DNA from: an uncultured Candidatus Poseidoniales archaeon
GTDB lineage: Archaea > Thermoplasmatota > Poseidoniia > Poseidoniales > Thalassarchaeaceae
DNA: 64,000 bases
Assembly: GCA_964647665.1 (NCBI GenBank)
Contig: CAZYIX010000002.1
Location: 120,722-184,721, forward strand
Reading direction: 5' to 3'
In this document: piece after piece, positions 1 through 10,297 of the stretch
How positions within the stretch are numbered: position 1 is the stretch's first letter
Layout: each line of letters opens with the position of its first letter
Notes under the pieces: generated by a model
Databases searched by the model: none
Seen by the model: only the letters and a program-made list of their open reading frames with translations
What the model was told of the DNA's origin: nothing
Translations under genes and position numbers: made by a program

Positions 1-2145
1 CTCCATCATACATTCTCCCCTTTGCCATTTCCAGCCAATGTGACGGAAGAATATCAGTTCCAAAATTCTTGATCGCCCGTGCGGCGGTAAATATGTCAAT
101 CTCATTCCAAGCAGTCTCAACAGTTGCTAGTACAGCAGAGAACTCGGCAATAATCCATTTATCAGCTACCTCAAGATTTTCGGGGGATTTGTCAAGGTTG
201 GCTGGAACTTCAAATTGGCTTGCAAATCGAGCTATGTTGAACAATTTGGTCAACACACCGAAATATTTCGATTCAATCTCCTCAGGATTGATATGGAAAT
301 CATCCCCCACCTGTGCATCGCAGGCCTTCCAAAGGCGGAAGCATTCAGAGCCAATCTTGTTGGCGCGCAGATGAACTGTCTTCTTTGGTCCTCTCACCTT
401 CCAAGAACCGGTGCGTCCACCTGCTCCGCACTCAAGAACACTGTCGGCATCGATACCATTGCCCAATGACTTGCTCATCTTGCGGCCCCATGGGTCCATC
501 CCCAGCCCGTCAATCCACACATTGGTGAAGCCGGGCTTATCTAGTAACAGAGCGGATTTCAGCAGGGTGTAGTACAACCATGTTCGCACGATTTCCTTGC
601 CTTGCGGGCGGATTCCAGTAGGAAATGCCCGCTCGAATGTTGACTCGTCATAGAGATATCCGGACACAAAGAGATTGGAATTGCTGCTGTCCATCCAGGT
701 GTCGAATACCTTCTCCTCACCAATGATATCGCCGAGTGAATTCTGTAAATCATCCCATGAGCCGAGGTCCTCTCTGCTCTCGCGGTCTATAACTCGGGAG
801 CCAACTGGAGGATTCTCACGCCATGGCTGGACGTAGGTTCCTGCTGGTGGAATGATGACCGATTTCTTGTCCTCTGAGTACCAAATCGGAATTTCTGTGT
901 GATACCAGCGTCTGCGGCTGATGGGCCAATCAATACTGATATTCTCCATCCAGTCCAGTAGGAATTGCTTATTGCGAGCCGGGATGAAATTGATTTCATC
1001 AGACAATTCCCGAATTCGGTCTTGAATGTGAGTCTGACGGACATACCATTCCTTCAGTAGGATAATTTCGACTGGGTTTTTTCCGCGCTCACTGACAGGA
1101 ACTTCCTGCTGGCGTTCCTCCATTGAGACAATTCTGCCTTCTGACTCCAATAGATCGATGATGGATTCTCGGGCCTGTTTGACCGGCATACCAGCCAATG
1201 GTCCTGCAACATCAGTCATGCATCCATCGAGGTCTATTGCCTGAAATGGTTTGAGTCCCATCTCGCGGAATACCGACACATCGTTAGCGTCACCAAAAGA
1301 ACATATCATCAGCACTCCCGAACCAAATTCAGACTTGACAGAGGGGTGAGTGCGAATCTCGACGGTTGTTTCGCGCGAAGCAACCGGAACCGGTAGTGAG
1401 ATTTTTTTGCCAACTAGATGAGTGTATCTTGAATCGTCCGGATGGACCACGACCACACCGCAGGCGCAAATCAATTCTGGACGGGTAGTCGAGATAATCA
1501 CCTCATCACCAGTATCAGTAGTCCACTGTACATCGACGAGCCTCGTCATTCTGTGTTGCCTCTCAACCTCGGCATCAGCGATAGTGGTGCCTTCGACGGG
1601 GTCGTATATGTTCGGCCGCAGGTCTTCAACGATTTCTCCACTCTTGAACAAATTAACAAATATCGCCTGTGTGACGGCGCGGTAATCTGGCGCATCGGTC
1701 TGATACTCCTTGGCAAAGTCGCAAGACAGGCCTACTCTACTAGCGGTAACGCGCATCGCCTGAGTGTATTCCTCAATGGTTTCTTTACAGATATCGAGGA
1801 ACTCAGCACGGTCATATGTTTTCATCTTGCGGCCGGTGTTCTTTTCGACAGTAAACTCGATGTTTATCCCATTGCGGTCAACACCCCACGGGAAGTAAAC
1901 CTCCTTTCCAATCAAGCGCTGGCTACGGGCTATGACATCTATCATTGAGTACTGAGCGACTGCCCCAATATGCCAAGTTCCAGATGGATAAGGCGGGGGT
2001 GTGTCTATGACAAAGAGTTCCTTGTCAGAATCCCGATTGAATCCGTAGCGAACGTTGTATGAATCCAAGTCGGAATAGTGAGCCTGTTGAATTCTCTTTT
2101 CGAGGTCGATTGACCATCGTTTGTCCTCGATACGCGGCTTGGACA
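1..2145 (-). CDS. valS: Class I aminoacyl-tRNA synthetase, valyl-tRNA synthetase-like; the 3' end runs off the window start
   Basis: Hand translation of the minus strand from the ATG at 2143-2145 gives an open frame to position 1. N-terminal 'IDTPPPYPSGTWHIGAV' is a HIGH-region variant. 'GRKMSKSLGNGIDA' is the KMSKS motif near 480-520. 'TTRPELI...VVVVHPDDSRYTHLVGK' and 'GSGVLMICSFGD' resemble the ValRS CP1 editing domain. The ORF track does not list it because no stop lies inside the window. Confidence 0.6.
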
Positions 2146-2266
2146 TCCAGAATCACACCAAGGCCCCTTCACACGTCAACAGCGAGGGTCCTCATGCTCT
2201 CGCCCTTCTTTCCCCTTGATGAGTGCTTCGCCTCGGCCGTAGGCCGATGAACGATGAATCGCCATA

Positions 2267-5245
2267 ATGCCTAATCGTCAAGATGAGGGATTAAAGGCGG
2301 GAAGTAGGGCAGACATGGATGGAGGAGTGCGTTTGTCTGAACAGGAACAGGATTCTGTGGAATCTAGTGAGGATGACGCCCCGATTGGCTTTCGCAGTGC
2401 AGTCCAGAGCAGAATAGCGGAATTTGAGAGTGGAAAGGCGGTAGATGCAATTCTCAACGCTAGGACTCTAATCCGCAGGGAATTGTCTGAAATGACCTTT
2501 TTCAGTGTCTTGACAAGATTTCCGGCCATCACCATCATACTTTGCTTGCTAGTGACTGCGTTTTTCGCATTGGAAAGTGGAATTACTGACCAATGGACTA
2601 ACGAGCGTTCGATGAATGTCAATGGTGATTTGCAAGCATTTCTACCCAAGGGTTCGCAGGTTTCTGCGGACATAGTCATGGTAGAGCAGGATTGGACGAC
2701 AAATGTGATGATTATCTACGTCGAGTCAAACGATTACAACATCACCGATACTAGGATTCTCAACCAAATGAGTGCGATAGAGCAAACACTCAATTGGCGT
2801 AATTCAGACAATGGCGATAAAGACAACATCATCTATATTCTCAGCATTTCTACCGTGGTTAAAGAAATCAATTCCAGTGCACCTCGGGTAGCCAAAGCAT
2901 TCGTCAGCAATCTTGGTGAAGCAATCGATACCGAAGAATTGAGTGATGCGATTAATGAACAGATTGACGAATATGGCGAACTCGTTGGTGGTTACTCGAT
3001 TCCAGAGGAGCAGGAAAGAGTCGACCAAATCATCGGGGAATTGCCGCCGAATGCTCGCGACAAGTTGGTGCGTGATGTAGGAGAATTCAGCAACGGCACC
3101 AAGGTCAATGACCGGTCCGCTAGCGGTTGGAATCGAGCGGTGATTATCATCGGTGTAGCGGAACATGATAGGGATGGTGATGGAGAACCTGATGTCCCGA
3201 CGGCGGATCTAATCAAATATACTCAGAACGAAATCGACGAATTGGCAGAGCGAAACAATTGGGATAATCTGAGTCTCCAAATGACTCTGACTGGTCCAGT
3301 CCCAATCACGAATGCGGTTACAGAATACTCCTTCTCACTATTCTGGAAGATATTTCCAGCAGGAATTGCGGCTGTGGCAATCGGCCTGTTTGTCTTCCAC
3401 TGTGATGTTCTCCAAACTGGCCGAGTTCGTTGGATACAGGGAATCAAGGTAGTGATTATTTCGGGCTTGCCAACTCTTTGTTCAGTCTGGGTGACCCTTG
3501 GAATAATTGGTTGGCTCGATTATGAAGTCACAATGACAGTGATTATTGTCGGGCCGATTATTCTTGCTTTAGGTGTTTCATATGGGTTGCATATTACTAA
3601 TCGGTATGCCGAATCGAAGGGTTCTCCACATGAAAAAATGGCGTTAGCCATTCAATCTACAGGGCGCGCGGTTTTCCTTTCTGCAGTTACCACCATCATC
3701 GGCTTCATCTCATTGGTGATGACGCCAATGGATCCGATTGCTACTGTCGGTATTTGTCTGGCTGGTGGCATCGTGGTAGTTTACATCCTCACCATGGTGA
3801 TGGTTCCAAATCTCACCATGTTGTTAGACTTGCATAAACCGAGTCACCCACCACCCAAGTTGTTTGTGAGTATAGTTGAAAAACCGGTCAAATGGAATGC
3901 TATCGCTCTTGCTGTGTTCATCATTGCTATGCTGTTTAGCGGCTTGATATCTCAGCAGAATGTCGAGGAGAATGTCGACCTTCTGCAAATGGCACCACGA
4001 GATGAACCCGCTGTTCAGAAGATGATTACCTACTCCGATGAATTTGAAGCTGGCCAAGTTGGGATGCTGCTTATTGATGCAGATATTGATGCAGACCCTA
4101 GTTTCGCTTTACCTGATTCTGACCCATTTCAAAATCTTGACCGGATAGAATCACTCGAGGCTAGCGTGAATGAAGTCAACATGACAACAGGTGTTAGTAT
4201 TGTATTCTTGATGAAAGCCATAGGAGTGTCTGTCAACGTTTCTGGTGACCAAATTGTGGAATTATGCGACGATACGCCGATACCGGATGCTGCAAATGAA
4301 GTATGTCAGATTCTTTTCGATAGAGAGCAATACCAGAATGCAACATTCTGGGGTGTTCTAGAAACTCTTGACCTTGAGGAAGTGGGTGGGCGAAACACTC
4401 AGATTTTCCTGATTTCGGTATTCTATGATAGCTTAACCAATGAAACACGGGAATTATTCATCAGCAAGGACTACCAGAGGTCATTGATTTACATCGATAT
4501 GCCGTTCATGCCAGTGGTACAGACCAAAGAAAGTGCTGACGAAATTAACGAGGCTGCTGACGATGCTGATGATGTTGAATTCAAGTCATCCGAACTGATT
4601 GGTGTGGCGGCGGTCACAATCGACGTGAACAACCTCATTGTTGGCTCGCAATGGCAGTCTTTAGGCTTCGCTCTGCTATTCACAGTACTTACCCTTGGAG
4701 TTGTGTTCAGGGATCCCAAATACGCCATATTGACAACTGCTCCTGTAGTATTTACCGTTGGAATGCAGTGGCTGGTTATGGACGTTCAAAATGTCTCTCT
4801 ATCGCTGGTAACGGTGATGATTGGCTCAATACTCGTCGGTGTTGGTGTCGACTTCTCAATTCACATCGCAAATCGAGTTAGGGAATTAGGTGGAAGTCTA
4901 GAGGCGATTCGTGACGCGTGCGCCAGCACAGGAATGTCGCTGTTTGAGGCTGTCACAGTCACCAGTATTGGTTTAGCGACAGCATACCTGATTCCGATTC
5001 CGGCACTCAAACCATTCGTCACAGTCATCATCATCCTGCTATGGGTGGCAGCGATTAGCGCTCTGCTGCTGTTGCCAGCCATCTATGCAACCTTCGTCAA
5101 GGTTGGATGGGGTATTTCCGGTGGCTCCTCTGCTATGATACGCAAGAGTGGCTTGTCTGGCGGCAAGGTGGCGTTGGATGCACAACGAGATGCTGTTGAT
5201 TCATACGATGCAATCCTAGTTGCTGATACCGATGATGCATGGTGA
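2267..5245 (+). CDS. RND-superfamily exporter (COG1033 / MMPL-like), 992 aa
   Basis: N-terminal TM helix, large extracytoplasmic domain, then a cluster of about 6 TM helices; this layout occurs twice, the typical RND/MMPL topology. It is a paralogue of the 748-aa protein at 30951-33197. Confidence 0.55.
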   Translation: MPNRQDEGLKAGSRADMDGGVRLSEQEQDSVESSEDDAPIGFRSAVQSRIAEFESGKAVDAILNARTLIRRELSEMTFFSVLTRFPAITIILCLLVTAFFALESGITDQWTNERSMNVNGDLQAFLPKGSQVSADIVMVEQDWTTNVMIIYVESNDYNITDTRILNQMSAIEQTLNWRNSDNGDKDNIIYILSISTVVKEINSSAPRVAKAFVSNLGEAIDTEELSDAINEQIDEYGELVGGYSIPEEQERVDQIIGELPPNARDKLVRDVGEFSNGTKVNDRSASGWNRAVIIIGVAEHDRDGDGEPDVPTADLIKYTQNEIDELAERNNWDNLSLQMTLTGPVPITNAVTEYSFSLFWKIFPAGIAAVAIGLFVFHCDVLQTGRVRWIQGIKVVIISGLPTLCSVWVTLGIIGWLDYEVTMTVIIVGPIILALGVSYGLHITNRYAESKGSPHEKMALAIQSTGRAVFLSAVTTIIGFISLVMTPMDPIATVGICLAGGIVVVYILTMVMVPNLTMLLDLHKPSHPPPKLFVSIVEKPVKWNAIALAVFIIAMLFSGLISQQNVEENVDLLQMAPRDEPAVQKMITYSDEFEAGQVGMLLIDADIDADPSFALPDSDPFQNLDRIESLEASVNEVNMTTGVSIVFLMKAIGVSVNVSGDQIVELCDDTPIPDAANEVCQILFDREQYQNATFWGVLETLDLEEVGGRNTQIFLISVFYDSLTNETRELFISKDYQRSLIYIDMPFMPVVQTKESADEINEAADDADDVEFKSSELIGVAAVTIDVNNLIVGSQWQSLGFALLFTVLTLGVVFRDPKYAILTTAPVVFTVGMQWLVMDVQNVSLSLVTVMIGSILVGVGVDFSIHIANRVRELGGSLEAIRDACASTGMSLFEAVTVTSIGLATAYLIPIPALKPFVTVIIILLWVAAISALLLLPAIYATFVKVGWGISGGSSAMIRKSGLSGGKVALDAQRDAVDSYDAILVADTDDAW

Positions 5246-5301
5246 AACTGCGGCTTCATCATCCGTCAGTGCTTTGTGCCTCGGCTTGCCGTAGTCACAT
5301 G

Positions 5302-5772
5302 ATGGTTCGATACTGGCTGATGAAGTCTGAGCCCAACGCGTACTCTTGGGAAGATTTGGTGGCAGACGGCTCAACCCACTGGGATGGAGTGCGTAATTAT
5401 CAGGCTCGCAACATCATGCGTGATGAAATGAAAGTAGCTGACCTCGTTCTATTCTACCATTCAAACTGCAAACCACCGCACGTTGCGGGGGTAGCGCGCG
5501 TTAGCAGGGAATCATATCCAGACCACACTTGCTGGGACCCAAATTCGAAGTATTTTGATGAGAAATCCACTGAAGAAAATCCCCGTTGGATGATGATTGA
5601 CATCGAGGTGGTACAGGCATTCACCGATATTGCAGGACTACCTGACCTCAAGAACAACCCAAATCTGCAAGGGATGCCCCTATTGCAAAAAGGTCAGAGG
5701 CTGAGTGTTCAACCTGTATCAGCGGACCACTTCGCTGAAGTGTGTCGGATGGGTGGGCTTGACGAGGTGTGA
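5302..5772 (+). CDS. EVE (PUA-like) domain protein
   Basis: 'MVRYWLMKSEPNAYSWEDL...GVRNYQARNIMRDEMKVGDLVLFYHS' is the canonical EVE-domain N-terminus. Start chosen at the internal Met; the listed ORF begins at 5239. Confidence 0.7.
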   Translation: MVRYWLMKSEPNAYSWEDLVADGSTHWDGVRNYQARNIMRDEMKVADLVLFYHSNCKPPHVAGVARVSRESYPDHTCWDPNSKYFDEKSTEENPRWMMIDIEVVQAFTDIAGLPDLKNNPNLQGMPLLQKGQRLSVQPVSADHFAEVCRMGGLDEV

Positions 5773-7013
5773 AGATGTCTGATATTCCGGTCTCGCCACG
5801 AGCGGCACGCATTGAGTATGCGATACGTGACGTCGTCGTACCCGCAATGGCTTTGGAAAAGCAAGGTCATAAGGTCATCAAACTCAACATTGGTGACCCG
5901 ATCGCCTACCCCGGACTTCCTACCCCTCAACACATGGTTGATGCATATTGTAAGGCATTGCAGGACGGAAGGAACGAGTATTCCAATTCGTATGGCCAAT
6001 CAGAATTGCGAGCAGCCATCTCGGCGGATGAGCGCAGCAAAGGATGGGATTGCGAAGAGCAGAGCGTCTACGTCACCACGGGTGTGACTGAGGCACTGCA
6101 CATCATCTTCGCAGCCACCCTTACCGAGGGTACCAAGGTCCTAGCACCCGGGCCTCATTATCCACCTTACATGGCATATCCACAATTGTTCGGAGCTACG
6201 ACAGTTGAATATCGGCTGAAGTCAGAATCAGGCTGGCAAATTGACTTCGATGATATAGAATCAAAAATGGATGACTCGGTTCGATTGTTGGTACTGATTA
6301 ATCCAAACAATCCGACCGGCAATGTTGCCACACCGAATGAGGTGAATCGTCTACTGGATATCGCCGCTAACTGGCCAAACTGCATTGTGCTTGCCGACGA
6401 AATCTACGACGGCTTAGACTTCACCGGCCAACTGAGGAGTGTTGCTGCAATGTCGCAACAACGTGCAGTTGAAATTGGAACAGGGGTGCCTGTCATCATA
6501 CTCAATGGAGTCTCAAAGGTGTACTACGCACCAGGTTGGCGTATTGGATACATGGCGTTCCATGACCCAAATGGTCGGATGGGGGCAGTGAAGGATGGGG
6601 TCGAGAGGCTACTTCGCTCTAGATTATGCCCGTCCACACCGGCTCAACTGGGCTACCTTGCCGGACTGACTGGAGATCGATCATGGATGCTCGGGCATCA
6701 AGAAGCGGTACGTTCCCGACGACAACTCTGTATTGATAGAATCAATGAAATCGAGGGAATCGAGGTTGAGGCTGGTAACGGTGCATTCTACATGTTTGTG
6801 CGGTTAACTGACCCGAAGTGGGCGGCAGACGACAAGCAATTCGTGCTTGACCTGCTGCATGAGGAGCACGTTCTAGTTGTACATGGTAGCGGATTTTCTC
6901 CTGAATTCGGTGCTGGCCATTTCCGTTTGGTACATCTAGCAGACGAAAATACATTGAGCATCGCCTTTGACCGAATTGATTCATTTCTTACTAGGCATCG
7001 CAAAGGGGCTTAG
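5769..7013 (+). CDS. PLP-dependent aminotransferase, class I/II (alanine/aspartate aminotransferase-like)
   Basis: 'LINPNNPTGNV' substrate/PLP region and 'GVSKVYYAPGWRIGY' Lys-containing motif are typical of fold-type I aminotransferases. Confidence 0.8.
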   Translation: MKMSDIPVSPRAARIEYAIRDVVVPAMALEKQGHKVIKLNIGDPIAYPGLPTPQHMVDAYCKALQDGRNEYSNSYGQSELRAAISADERSKGWDCEEQSVYVTTGVTEALHIIFAATLTEGTKVLAPGPHYPPYMAYPQLFGATTVEYRLKSESGWQIDFDDIESKMDDSVRLLVLINPNNPTGNVATPNEVNRLLDIAANWPNCIVLADEIYDGLDFTGQLRSVAAMSQQRAVEIGTGVPVIILNGVSKVYYAPGWRIGYMAFHDPNGRMGAVKDGVERLLRSRLCPSTPAQLGYLAGLTGDRSWMLGHQEAVRSRRQLCIDRINEIEGIEVEAGNGAFYMFVRLTDPKWAADDKQFVLDLLHEEHVLVVHGSGFSPEFGAGHFRLVHLADENTLSIAFDRIDSFLTRHRKGA

Positions 7014-7060
7014 GCTGGTGCCTCGCGTAGGTGAGCGCAGACATGCGCGAGGGTGACACA

Positions 7061-7080
7061 CGCCACGGCTTGCCGTGGCG
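7061..7080. terminator. Perfect hairpin CGCCACGG-CTTG-CCGTGGCG 48 nt downstream of the aminotransferase stop
   Basis: 8-bp stem and 4-nt loop seen directly. A second CTCGCG...CGCGAG inverted repeat lies at 7022-7051. Confidence 0.3.
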
Positions 7081-7123
7081 TGGGGGAGAAAGCGATTAGA
7101 ACTTCGACTGTACCCAGCAACCC

Positions 7124-10100
7124 ATGAGATGGCGCGGTACCGTCTGGATTGCTTCATTCCTGACGTTTGTTCTGTCTCTGCCAGCAGTGGTGGCTGAGAA
7201 CAGCACAATAGTCCATGCTGCTACAGATTTTGACCCTCTACTATTGCTTCCGGTGCTGGTTGCTGGGTTTGGTACATTCATGTTGTGGAAATGGGTTCTT
7301 CCACTATCACTACGTGATTTGCAGGTCGCCTTCGAAGTTGATGTAGATCTCTATGAAGTTCATCGATTGACCAAATCAAAGAAGGAAAGCCAAGAATTGC
7401 TCGACCTGAGAGGTTCTTCTGTTGGTGTTCTAGCCTATCTTATGTCGATGGGCGGAGTAATGCTCATTGTATCGGAACTGATGTTCAGGCCATCTGAATA
7501 TTACGAACCCATACTGATTCTAACAGCATTCATGATTGCCATTCCAGTATTCCTCTCGCCGATCGTTACGATGTACGCTCAAATTGAGGCGATGAACAAA
7601 AAGATGGTTACTAGCAAACTATCTTCACAGATTATCGGATATTTTGGTACGGCTACCGCGATGCTTATCGCAGTTGGCACTACTATCTTCTATGGCTACG
7701 AACAAGCGATTGGTTCTGGTGATTATAATTCGACGATGATAAAATGGCTAGGATATGCGTTACTGGTTTTCATGGCCCCAACTATTTTCGCTTATGGTCG
7801 AATAATGGGGGCATCATGGAATACTCTGATTTTATCTAAATGGCGTACTGCAAGAGGCTGGAGAACTCCAATCGACCCCGATAAACCCTCATTCAGGCGA
7901 CGCTTCATCTCGCTATGTCTGTTCGTTTTCCTCGGAACAATGCCCCTGACGGCAATCAATGGGATTGTGACTCTGATTCATGTCTATTACAATCAACCAA
8001 GCCCCGATGAAACTGCGCGACTTCTAGACCTCGGTGGAATCATTGGCTTGTCGATATTTGAATTAGTTGAGGCCAATCCCTTCATCCAGACCATCATCTC
8101 GTTGAAGACATTGAGTGCGGTACTCGCCTCTTACTTGATGCTGAACGTTGCAATCGTTGGGCTAGCGTTCATCTTCGAATTGACTAGGAACATCTTCCTC
8201 GGGGGGCAGACCTTCGGGGGAGTCGGTGGTGTCATCTTAGCCCAACCTCGAGACATCAGAACTGAGCGTAAAGTTCAGGGTAGAATCCTGTTCTTCGGTT
8301 TGGCTGGGTTCTCCGGTTATGTCGTACTTCTCCTCACACTGCAGACCTACAAGGAATTTGCTTCACTAATGCCATACGGCTCAGATTCAATCGAATCAAC
8401 ACTGCTGAGTGCTACCTGGCAATTCATCACCGCCGGCCAGAGTATCTTCCTACTGACTTGGCTGCTCTCAAGTGTGCGAATGCAGCGGCTTCGTGCTCTG
8501 AAGTTCGATCTTGCGCCTGATGAGCGACGAGAAGGCGCAATCATGGCTGGTGGTGGCGATTGGATGAGAGAGCACATTGAAGCGGCCGCTAAGGACCGTG
8601 ACATCGCAGCTCTCCGGTCATTCCAAACAGAGAATATTGACGGTGATAGAGCGGTAGTACGATTGGAGAAGGGGCGAGCAAAAATGATCGAGTCCGCTCT
8701 GCGGGGCCTCTGGCCTCGAGCAATTGAAGAAGCGCGAAAAGTACTCGCTCAGCAAGGTGGAGAAGACGATGAAGCGCGAATGGTCATAGCTGCAGGGCAT
8801 ATCGCTTGTCGACGTATAGATGCTGCAAAGGAGTCGCTACGCGGTATGGAGATGTCCGAGGGATATGACGAACCTGAAATCCTCTCTTTCATGACGGAGT
8901 GGCTGGACCCGTGGACTGGACAGGTCGCCCCAGATGACCTCTATGATTGGGAGAACGTATCAGCCATAGACCACCTGCAGGATTTGCAGCGCCGTATCAA
9001 GTCGTGGGACCCGGTTTCACGTATAGGTTCGGCCCACAAGGACCGTCTATCGTTGTACGCTCAACTCTGCTCTGTTGGTATGATGCGAGGGCAGCGTCGC
9101 AGCGATGAGGCACTCGACCTTGCTCTAGACATGGTTAGACTGCATCCGAATAATACCCTCGCGCGCATTGCCTGTTCGTTATGCTTGATTGACCTCGGTG
9201 AATGGTTCGATGCCCTCGATATCTTTGAGGAAGTGAATGAGTCCTCACCGGAGGACCCCGCAGTTCGAGCGCTTGCAGGAGTTTTAGGATTCCAATGTGA
9301 GCCAGATGAACTGGAAACTGCCATGGTCGTCGGAACTAGCGATGAGAAAATTCGATGGATAGATGAGGCCCCAATAAGCCCATATCCAGCACTCTCACAT
9401 CGTAAGGGGACTAGTTCATCGGTCAACGCCAATTTACTCGCCTTTGCACATGAAGCCGTTGAACGCGGCATGCCACCTTCCTATCACCGATCTTCTACTC
9501 TATTTATCCTAAATATGGTCATTCTAATACCACTGTGGGCTGTTCTCGGATGGATAGCAAGCGTACAGACCGGTAACTGGTTCGTTGGGATAATGACTGG
9601 TATGGGACTGCTTGGTCTACACATACTCACCCGCAGGTTGCGTAGACAACAACGTCGGGTGATAAGGCACCGAGACCAGAAAGCGATGGTCGCGTATGCG
9701 AAAATGATGAAAAGATACAATGTCACAGGTGATGAAGAAAGGATGCCCATTGGCAATAATCTGCTGATGAGTGGATTGCTGGTCACAGTCAATGGTAATG
9801 TGTACGACATTGGCATGCCAGCATGGCTAGTTGTCAGACTCCGCAAAGAGAGGGAGAGGCCATTCCGCAACCGTATTCGCGGGCGCATGCGCGAGATAGA
9901 CACTGGTAAATTAGCTCGAACAAAACCTCTACCTGACCTTTGGTGGACAAAGAAACCCAAGCCGATGGGGAAGCAGATGAGGACACTAGAGAGGCTGATT
10001 GGACCAGCCGCGTATCGAGGTGTCCATCGCAGGAAACTCTCTGAGGATCGCCAACTTAGGGCCGGTGTACAGGAGGAACGACGACCGGTTATGGATACAA

Positions 10101-10297
10101 AACCCGAGGCGCGAGGTATTCCGACCCATTCAATCCGACAAGAGGGTGGAGGTCAGCGGTTGCCTAGCCAAAGGCCTGCTGCGGTAGACGAGGGTCGCAT
10201 TAAGCGAGACAATATTCGCCAAAAGAGCGCGAAATCTTCTGGCCCTAAGCGTCCCTCTGCGCGGCCTAGGGGCCGCGATGATGACAACGGGAACTGA
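7124..10297 (+). CDS. Large polytopic membrane protein of unknown function (1057 aa) with a cytoplasmic helical domain and a highly basic C-terminal tail
   Basis: About 10-12 hydrophobic helices in the first ~460 aa, then a soluble alpha-helical region, two more TM helices ('ILNMVILIPLWAVLGWIASV', 'FVGIMTGMGLLGLHIL'), then about 200 aa very rich in R and K with no hydrophobic stretches. No recognisable catalytic motif. Confidence 0.5.
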   Translation: MRWRGTVWIASFLTFVLSLPAVVAENSTIVHAATDFDPLLLLPVLVAGFGTFMLWKWVLPLSLRDLQVAFEVDVDLYEVHRLTKSKKESQELLDLRGSSVGVLAYLMSMGGVMLIVSELMFRPSEYYEPILILTAFMIAIPVFLSPIVTMYAQIEAMNKKMVTSKLSSQIIGYFGTATAMLIAVGTTIFYGYEQAIGSGDYNSTMIKWLGYALLVFMAPTIFAYGRIMGASWNTLILSKWRTARGWRTPIDPDKPSFRRRFISLCLFVFLGTMPLTAINGIVTLIHVYYNQPSPDETARLLDLGGIIGLSIFELVEANPFIQTIISLKTLSAVLASYLMLNVAIVGLAFIFELTRNIFLGGQTFGGVGGVILAQPRDIRTERKVQGRILFFGLAGFSGYVVLLLTLQTYKEFASLMPYGSDSIESTLLSATWQFITAGQSIFLLTWLLSSVRMQRLRALKFDLAPDERREGAIMAGGGDWMREHIEAAAKDRDIAALRSFQTENIDGDRAVVRLEKGRAKMIESALRGLWPRAIEEARKVLAQQGGEDDEARMVIAAGHIACRRIDAAKESLRGMEMSEGYDEPEILSFMTEWLDPWTGQVAPDDLYDWENVSAIDHLQDLQRRIKSWDPVSRIGSAHKDRLSLYAQLCSVGMMRGQRRSDEALDLALDMVRLHPNNTLARIACSLCLIDLGEWFDALDIFEEVNESSPEDPAVRALAGVLGFQCEPDELETAMVVGTSDEKIRWIDEAPISPYPALSHRKGTSSSVNANLLAFAHEAVERGMPPSYHRSSTLFILNMVILIPLWAVLGWIASVQTGNWFVGIMTGMGLLGLHILTRRLRRQQRRVIRHRDQKAMVAYAKMMKRYNVTGDEERMPIGNNLLMSGLLVTVNGNVYDIGMPAWLVVRLRKERERPFRNRIRGRMREIDTGKLARTKPLPDLWWTKKPKPMGKQMRTLERLIGPAAYRGVHRRKLSEDRQLRAGVQEERRPVMDTKPEARGIPTHSIRQEGGGQRLPSQRPAAVDEGRIKRDNIRQKSAKSSGPKRPSARPRGRDDDNGN

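Noticed and set aside
1-2145. Non-canonical HIGH motif (WHIGAV) in the ValRS-like gene as a sign of pseudogenisation
   Set aside because: The frame is open over more than 2 kb with intact KMSKS and editing-domain motifs. A variant first-His motif is more likely natural divergence.
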